Source of the DNA: Bryobacterales bacterium
GTDB taxonomy: Bacteria; Acidobacteriota; Terriglobia; Bryobacterales; UBA6623
Length of the DNA: 64,000 nt
Assembly (NCBI GenBank): GCA_965208945.1
Contig: OZ242366.1
Location: 1,762,123-1,826,122, forward strand
Direction: 5' to 3'
Every line of letters starts with the position of its first letter. Position 1 is the stretch's first letter. The position numbers were made by a program, and so were the translations under genes. The notes beneath the pieces were generated by a model. That model saw only the letters and a program-made list of their open reading frames with translations. It was not told where the DNA came from and searched no databases. This document shows, in pieces, positions 58,260 to 64,000 of the stretch.

Positions 58260-59741
58260 ATGGCGATTCCCCCGCAGCGATCGACGTTCTTCTTTCTGTT
58301 TTCCTGCCTGATCTTTCCTCCGCTGGGTTTCGTTCTGTTGTGGCTACGGTCGAAGGAAGGAGTGTTGCGCAAGCTGACTTTCTCGGCGGGTTTAGCGGCG
58401 CTTTTCGCGGCGCAACTGTTCCTGTTCTACGGCCTGCGCATCGAGTTGGCCGGCAACGGCCTTGCGCCGATCTTCACCTTCCATGATCCCGATTCGCACT
58501 TCGACGCCATCGAAGCGGCGCGCTCGGGCGGGGATGAAGGGACGGTGCAGGCGGCGAGCCGGCCGCCGGCCGGGCCGGACAACGCCTCGTGGACCGACTA
58601 CCGAGGACCGAACCGCGACGGAGAGTACACCGCAAGCGCGATTCGGACGGACTGGCCTTCCGACGGGTTGCCCGAGATCTGGCGGCAGAAGGTGGGCGGC
58701 GGATATGCGTCCGTCGTTGTCGCCGAAGGGAAGGTTTTCACCATCGAGCAGCGCCGCGATGAAGAGGTCGCGACGGCCTACGACTTCAACACGGGCGAGG
58801 AGTTGTGGAAAAACGGCTGGAAAGCTCATTTCCGGGAATCGATGGGCGGACCCGGACCGCGGGCGACCCCGACCTGGCACGACGGCAAAGTCTACGCTCT
58901 GGGAGGCACAGGAGAACTGCGCGCCCTGCAAGCGGCAACGGGCGAAGTGATCTGGCGCAAGAACATCCTTTCGGATAACGGAGCGAAGAACCTGACCTGG
59001 GCGATGTCGGGCGCTCCACTCGTATTGGATGACAAGCTGATCGTGCTGCCGGGCGGGACCCGGGGCAAGTCGATTGTCGCCTACGACAAGGAAACCGGAG
59101 ACCCGATCTGGGCTTCGCTGAACGACAAGCAGGCCTACACGTCGCCGATGCTGGCGACACTGGCCGGCCGCCTACAGATCGTTCTGGTCAGCGCGGCGCG
59201 CCTGTTGGCGGTCGACCCGGAGGACGGCTCGCTGCTATGGGACTACCCCTGGAGGACATCCTACGACGCGAACTGTTCGCAGCCCTTGATCGTCGACGAC
59301 GAACACGTATTCGTCTCGTCGGGATATGGCACGGGCGCGGCACTCGTGAAGATCGTTGCCGCCGGCCACGGCCTGCGCGCCCAGCAGGTCTGGAAGAACA
59401 ACACCATGAAAAACAAGTTCAACAGCTCGGTTCTTCACGAAGGCATCGTCTACGGGCTGGACGAAGCCATTCTCGCGGCGGTGGATGTTCGCAGCGGCGA
59501 GCGCAAATGGAAAGGCGGCCGGTACGGTTATGGACAGGTGTTGCTGGCCGGCGGCCACTTGATCGTGCTCACCGAGGCCGGAGACGTCGTGCTTGTGAAG
59601 GCGACCCCCGAAAGCCATCAGGAAGTAGCGCGGTTTTCCGCCATCAAGGGCAAGACCTGGAATACGCATGCGATCGCGGGGGGACGGCTGATCGTGCGCA
59701 ACCAAACCGAGATGGCCTGCTACGACTTGTCGAGAACCTGA
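58260..59741 (+). CDS. PQQ-like beta-propeller repeat membrane protein
   Basis: WTDYRGPNRDG, GPRATP, repeated TGE..W units, N-terminal TM helices. Confidence 0.85.
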   Translation: MAIPPQRSTFFFLFSCLIFPPLGFVLLWLRSKEGVLRKLTFSAGLAALFAAQLFLFYGLRIELAGNGLAPIFTFHDPDSHFDAIEAARSGGDEGTVQAASRPPAGPDNASWTDYRGPNRDGEYTASAIRTDWPSDGLPEIWRQKVGGGYASVVVAEGKVFTIEQRRDEEVATAYDFNTGEELWKNGWKAHFRESMGGPGPRATPTWHDGKVYALGGTGELRALQAATGEVIWRKNILSDNGAKNLTWAMSGAPLVLDDKLIVLPGGTRGKSIVAYDKETGDPIWASLNDKQAYTSPMLATLAGRLQIVLVSAARLLAVDPEDGSLLWDYPWRTSYDANCSQPLIVDDEHVFVSSGYGTGAALVKIVAAGHGLRAQQVWKNNTMKNKFNSSVLHEGIVYGLDEAILAAVDVRSGERKWKGGRYGYGQVLLAGGHLIVLTEAGDVVLVKATPESHQEVARFSAIKGKTWNTHAIAGGRLIVRNQTEMACYDLSRT

Positions 59742-59812
59742 CCCAGGCCCGGCCGCCACGTTTCACTCCACGGTGAGGCGGTACACTTGAGACTTCATCC
59801 CTGTTGGGAAGG

Positions 59813-59997
59813 CTAGCCTCCATTTCTCACCACATGACAGCCGAAGCACGCGATACGACCGCCATGACTTCGTTGCGCTTGCTTGCCGTGCTCGATGTAC
59901 CTTCAAGTACACCTGCGCGCGCCAAGCGGCGCGCGCCTCGTCCTGACGGCTCTCTCACGCACTTCGCATCGCCGCGTGGTGAGCAATGCAGGCTTAG
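59813..59997 (+). mobile_element. MITE-like family A copy
   Basis: CTAGCCTCCATTTCTCACCAC ... GTGGTGAGCAATGCAGGCTTAG. Confidence 0.85.
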
Positions 59998-59998
59998 C

Positions 59999-62830
59999 TT
60001 GAAGCGTCATTGGCCATTGGCGGCGGCCTCCGCACTTTGTATTCTCGTGACGGGTTGTGCACGGGAGCCGGTCTTGGAAGGCCCCTTCCAGGCGCCGCCG
60101 GGCTTCGTCGTCGAGCCGCTGCTGCCGGAAGGGCAAAACGAGACTCTCATCCAGTTGACCTTCGACAGCCTGGGACGGCCTGTCGTCTCCCGCGAACAGG
60201 GAAACCCGACCATCCTGTTCGACAAGGACCATGACGGCATCTATGAGGCGGAACAGGCCTTCAGCGACAAGATCGAAATGCTGCACGGCATGTGGTTCGA
60301 CGGCCGCACGCTCTACGCCATCGGCAGGGATGTCGAGAACCAGCAAGCCGGACTCTACAAGCTTGAAGACAACGATGGGGACGACAGGGCGGATACTTTC
60401 GAAAAGCTGCACGACTTCACCGGAAGCATCGGCGAGCATGGGCCGCACGACATTCGCCGCGGGCCGGACGGGCACCTGTCGGTCATGTTGGGGAACCACG
60501 CTCACCTTCCCGAGGAACTGATCGAGCCCTGGTCGCCCTTGCGGAACTACAAGGAATCGCAACTCCTTGACCGCTATATGGATGCGCGCGGGCATGCTGT
60601 CGGCATCAAGGCGCCGGGAGGGACGGTGTCGGGCCTACGGCTCGACCGCCTGCGGTACTCACAGCTTGCAGGCGGTTTCCGCAATGCGTTCAACCACGCC
60701 TACAACCGGGAAGGCGAGCTGTTTACGTTCGACAGCGACATGGAGTGGGACGTCAACATGCCGTGGTACCGCGAGGTGCGCTCGGTGCACGTCGTTCCCG
60801 GCGGGGACTACGGTTGGCGCACGGGGTCGGGCAAGTTTCCGCCTTACTATCTCGACAGCCTGCCGCCGCTGCGTGACCTGGGACGAGGGTCACCGGTCGG
60901 CGTCGAGTTCTACCACCACCACGCCTATCCCGGGGAGTACTTTGACACCTTCCTGCAGGCCGATTGGTCGCGCGGCCGGATCGTGTCGATGCGCTTGGCG
61001 CGTGAGGGCGCGACGTACCGGCTGGTGGAGAATGCCACCAACTTCGTGTACGGCGAGCCGTTGAACGTGACGGACCTCGAAGTGGGTCCGGACGGCATGG
61101 TCTACTTCACCACGGGCGGGCGCGGTACGGCCGGCGGCTTCTATCGTGTCGCGTACAAGGGCCATCGAGCGAATAGTGCGTGGCCGAAGACGAAGGGCGT
61201 CTGGGCCGCTATCCGGCAGCCGCAACCGCTGTCGAGTTGGGGCTGGGCTGCCGTCGAAAAAACAAGGGAAGCCCTGGGCGAGCGCTGGGACGAGGATCTG
61301 CAAAGGATCGCCCTGAGCCCTTCGCATCGAACACATGACCGCATCCAGGCCTTGATGCTCTTCCAGCAGCATGGGGCGAAAGCGCGGGCGGATTTGCTGC
61401 GGGCTCTCAGCGGGGACTCCGATCCGCTGGTGCGGGCGGCGGCCATGTACGTTGTGGGGCAGCATGGCAGCGACCGCGCCAAGGCTATCGCCGCCGCGGG
61501 CCTGAAGGATGCCGATCCACTCGTGAAGAGGCGCGCGGCGGAGGCCGTGGTTCGGATGGGACTGTCACCGGATGAGCCGAGCTTCGCTCCCGTCGACGAT
61601 CTGTACGCGATGCTCAGCGACGAGGACCGATGGGTGCGCTACGCGGGCCGCATCGCTCTCGAGCGCACACCCCGTGCCGAATGGTCGCAGCGAGTGCTCG
61701 AGGAAAAAGACCTCGCGGCCGCCGCGGAAGGGCTGGTCGCTTTGACCCGGACCGCGGCGCAGGAATCGGAAAGGACGGACTCCGTTGATCGGGCACTGGA
61801 GCTGTTGGGGCGTGAGAACCTCCCGGCCGACGACGAGCTGCGGCTGCTGAGGGCTTTCCACCTGGCGTGTCTGGAGAGGAGCGAAGGATGCGCACCGGAG
61901 ATCCGCTCGCAGGCCTCACGACTCGTGCTCTCTCGATTTCCCGCGGAAGACGAGCGGCTCAATCGCGAGTACGCCCGCACGATGGCCTACGCCGGCGACC
62001 CATCGGCGATCCCGGCCATCTTCGACGCCATGGCCGAGGGCGATGAGAACGAGCCATTGCAAATCCACTACGTGTACTGCCTGCGGGAGATCAAACAGGG
62101 CTGGACGAGCAGCCAGAAGCGGAGGCTGCTTTCGTGGTTTCGCACAGCGCGCCGCTGGCGAGGCGGGGCAAGCTTCCCCGGGTTCATCAATCGGCTGTTC
62201 GACTCTTCGCTCGACTTCTTCGATGAGCAAGAGAAGGAGATGGCCTACCGGGAGATTCCCGACTTCGCGCCAGTGGAGGACCTGGACGCGGCGGGACTCC
62301 GCCGCAGGGGGGGCTACGTGCGAGCGCGGGTCTTCGCACGCCAGAAGGGATCGAGCGCACTTAGCGAGCAGGAAATCTTCGACCACACGTTGCTGAGCCC
62401 GATGATCGGACGAGCCGAGGCGCAACGCGGACGGGAAATCTACGAGAAGGAATGTTCGCGCTGCCACCGGTTTGGCGACGAGGGAAAAGACTATGGACCC
62501 GACTTGACGACGCTGGCGAATCGCTTCCATCGCCGAGATACGCTCGAGGCGATCCTGTGGCCGTCGCGGACCATCTCCGACCAGTATCAGTCCTACATCA
62601 TCGAGACGACGAGCAATGATATTCTCGACGGCCTGATCCTTTCAGAAGACGAGGACAAGATCACGATGATGCTGCCGGAAGAGGAGCGCCCGGTGGCGAT
62701 TCCGAAAGGGCAGATTCGCGACCGGAGGGTTTCTCGTGTTTCCGCAATGCCGGAAGGCTTGCTGGACCCGTACGACCTGAACCAGATTGCCGACTTGCTG
62801 GCGTACATGCAGCAAACGCCCGCCGAATGA
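59999..62830 (+). CDS. PVC-type heme-binding protein (dehydrogenase-like propeller, HEAT repeats, cytochrome c)
   Basis: TTG start gives lipoprotein signal MKRHWP...VTGC. Motifs GEHGPH, GFRN, DSDMEWD, HEAT repeats, CSRCH...GPDL...SAMPEGL. Confidence 0.88.
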   Translation: MKRHWPLAAASALCILVTGCAREPVLEGPFQAPPGFVVEPLLPEGQNETLIQLTFDSLGRPVVSREQGNPTILFDKDHDGIYEAEQAFSDKIEMLHGMWFDGRTLYAIGRDVENQQAGLYKLEDNDGDDRADTFEKLHDFTGSIGEHGPHDIRRGPDGHLSVMLGNHAHLPEELIEPWSPLRNYKESQLLDRYMDARGHAVGIKAPGGTVSGLRLDRLRYSQLAGGFRNAFNHAYNREGELFTFDSDMEWDVNMPWYREVRSVHVVPGGDYGWRTGSGKFPPYYLDSLPPLRDLGRGSPVGVEFYHHHAYPGEYFDTFLQADWSRGRIVSMRLAREGATYRLVENATNFVYGEPLNVTDLEVGPDGMVYFTTGGRGTAGGFYRVAYKGHRANSAWPKTKGVWAAIRQPQPLSSWGWAAVEKTREALGERWDEDLQRIALSPSHRTHDRIQALMLFQQHGAKARADLLRALSGDSDPLVRAAAMYVVGQHGSDRAKAIAAAGLKDADPLVKRRAAEAVVRMGLSPDEPSFAPVDDLYAMLSDEDRWVRYAGRIALERTPRAEWSQRVLEEKDLAAAAEGLVALTRTAAQESERTDSVDRALELLGRENLPADDELRLLRAFHLACLERSEGCAPEIRSQASRLVLSRFPAEDERLNREYARTMAYAGDPSAIPAIFDAMAEGDENEPLQIHYVYCLREIKQGWTSSQKRRLLSWFRTARRWRGGASFPGFINRLFDSSLDFFDEQEKEMAYREIPDFAPVEDLDAAGLRRRGGYVRARVFARQKGSSALSEQEIFDHTLLSPMIGRAEAQRGREIYEKECSRCHRFGDEGKDYGPDLTTLANRFHRRDTLEAILWPSRTISDQYQSYIIETTSNDILDGLILSEDEDKITMMLPEEERPVAIPKGQIRDRRVSRVSAMPEGLLDPYDLNQIADLLAYMQQTPAE

Positions 62831-62875
62831 GCAAGGAACGGTCCCATAGGACCAGGGCGGCGGGAATATTGATCA

Positions 62876-64000
62876 ATGGCCTATAACGACCTTCGTGAAT
62901 TCATTCGAGCGCTGGAAAAAAACGGCGAGCTCAAACGAGTCGCCGTTGAAGTCGATCCCGTGCTCGAGATCACCGAGATCGCCGACCGAGCGGTCAAACG
63001 GGGCGGTCCGGCGCTGCTGTTCGAAAACCCCAAAGGTTACGACATCCCCGTACTGATCAATTCTTTCGCGAGCATGCGGAAGATGGAGTTGGCCCTGCAG
63101 GTCGATTCGGTGGAGGCGATCGCCGGACGTATTTCCGAGTACCTGGAACTCAAGACGCCGCAGGGCCTGATCGGCAAACTGAGCATGCTGCCCAAGCTCG
63201 CGGAGATGGGCGCCTTTTTTCCCAAGCAAGTCAAGAGCGGGCCGGTCAAGGAAGTGATTCGGAAGGAGGAGTTCTCGCTGTTCGACTATCCGGTGCTGAA
63301 ATGCTGGCCCCAGGACGGCGGCCGCTTCATTACGCTGCCGATGGTGTTTTCGAAGAACCCGGTGACCGGCAAACGCAACGTCGGGATGTACCGTCTTCAG
63401 ATCTATGACGACCGCACGACGGGTATGCACTGGCAGACCCACAAACAAGGGGCCGAGCACTACCGCCGCCGGCTGGCCGCAGGGGAGGAAGAGCACATGG
63501 AGGTGGCCGTGGCTATCGGGGCGGACCCCGCCACCATGTATTCAGCGATCCTGCCGCTGCCGCCCGACCTGGACGAGATGCTTTTCGCGGGCTTCTTGCG
63601 CTCGAAGCCTGTGGAGTTGGTCAAGTGCGAGACCGTAGACATCGAAGTCCCCGCAAACGCCGAGATCGTGCTCGAAGGATATGTGACGCTCGGCGAGCTG
63701 AAGACCGAAGGTCCGTTCGGCGACCATACCGGCTTCTATTCACTGGAAGACGAATTCCCGGTCTTCCATGTCACCTGCGTCACCCAACGCAAAGACCCGA
63801 TTTACGCAACGACGATCGTGGGGCCGCCGCCCATGGAGGACTTCTACATGGGCAAGACGATCGAGCGCGTATTTTTGCCCTTGATGAGATTGCAGCTTCC
63901 CGAGATCACCGACATGTGCATGCCGGCGGAGGGCATCTTCCACAACCTGATGCTGGTGTCGATCCGGAAGTCGTACCCGCTGCACGCGCGCAAGGTGATG
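62876..64000 (+). CDS. UbiD-family (menaquinone biosynthesis-type) decarboxylase, runs off the window
   Basis: Translated by hand: MAYNDLREFIRALEKNGEL, RNVGMYRLQ, EGPFGDHTGFY, GPPPMED. Absent from the ORF track because it has no stop in the window. Confidence 0.92.
   Translation, partial: MAYNDLREFIRALEKNGELKRVAVEVDPVLEITEIADRAVKRGGPALLFENPKGYDIPVLINSFASMRKMELALQVDSVEAIAGRISEYLELKTPQGLIGKLSMLPKLAEMGAFFPKQVKSGPVKEVIRKEEFSLFDYPVLKCWPQDGGRFITLPMVFSKNPVTGKRNVGMYRLQIYDDRTTGMHWQTHKQGAEHYRRRLAAGEEEHMEVAVAIGADPATMYSAILPLPPDLDEMLFAGFLRSKPVELVKCETVDIEVPANAEIVLEGYVTLGELKTEGPFGDHTGFYSLEDEFPVFHVTCVTQRKDPIYATTIVGPPPMEDFYMGKTIERVFLPLMRLQLPEITDMCMPAEGIFHNLMLVSIRKSYPLHARKVM

Noticed and set aside
59804-59998. 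ORF-track N-terminal extension of the heme protein (and similarly 41407-41556)
   Set aside because: It is read-through of a family A element. The downstream starts give proper signal peptides.

Overview
A GC-rich bacterial chromosome segment. The gene set (sulfatases, FecR-DUF6600, PVC-type heme protein, TPR-multiheme cytochrome, carboxypeptidase-regulatory-domain proteins) suggests Acidobacteriota, probably Bryobacterales-like; this is inference. It holds housekeeping genes (mutS2, accD-folC-plsC, leuS, nfo, an rpsA-like S1 protein, a ubiD-family gene cut by the window end), tRNA-fMet and tRNA-Gln, and an npdG-cofD-cofC-cofE F420 operon. It also holds a partly decayed sulfatase/sialidase locus, a mazEF pair, an ECF sigma/anti-sigma/Crp cluster and a deoxyhypusine-synthase-like gene. 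I saw no CRISPR array, rRNA, integrase or transposase. The most unusual signals are: (1) a modular MITE-like repeat family with about 11 copies, all in one orientation, which overlaps neighbours' stop codons, supplies the nfo start codon and in one case appears split around a GNAT gene; (2) a second ~80 bp hairpin repeat that begins exactly at gene stop codons; (3) an intact ADP-ribosylglycohydrolase homologue with all recognisable catalytic motifs substituted; (4) a 1.3 kb repeat-rich region upstream of leuS; (5) an initiator tRNA with a U1-A72 pair and a possibly leaderless promoter. All calls come from reading motifs by eye; no searches were run.
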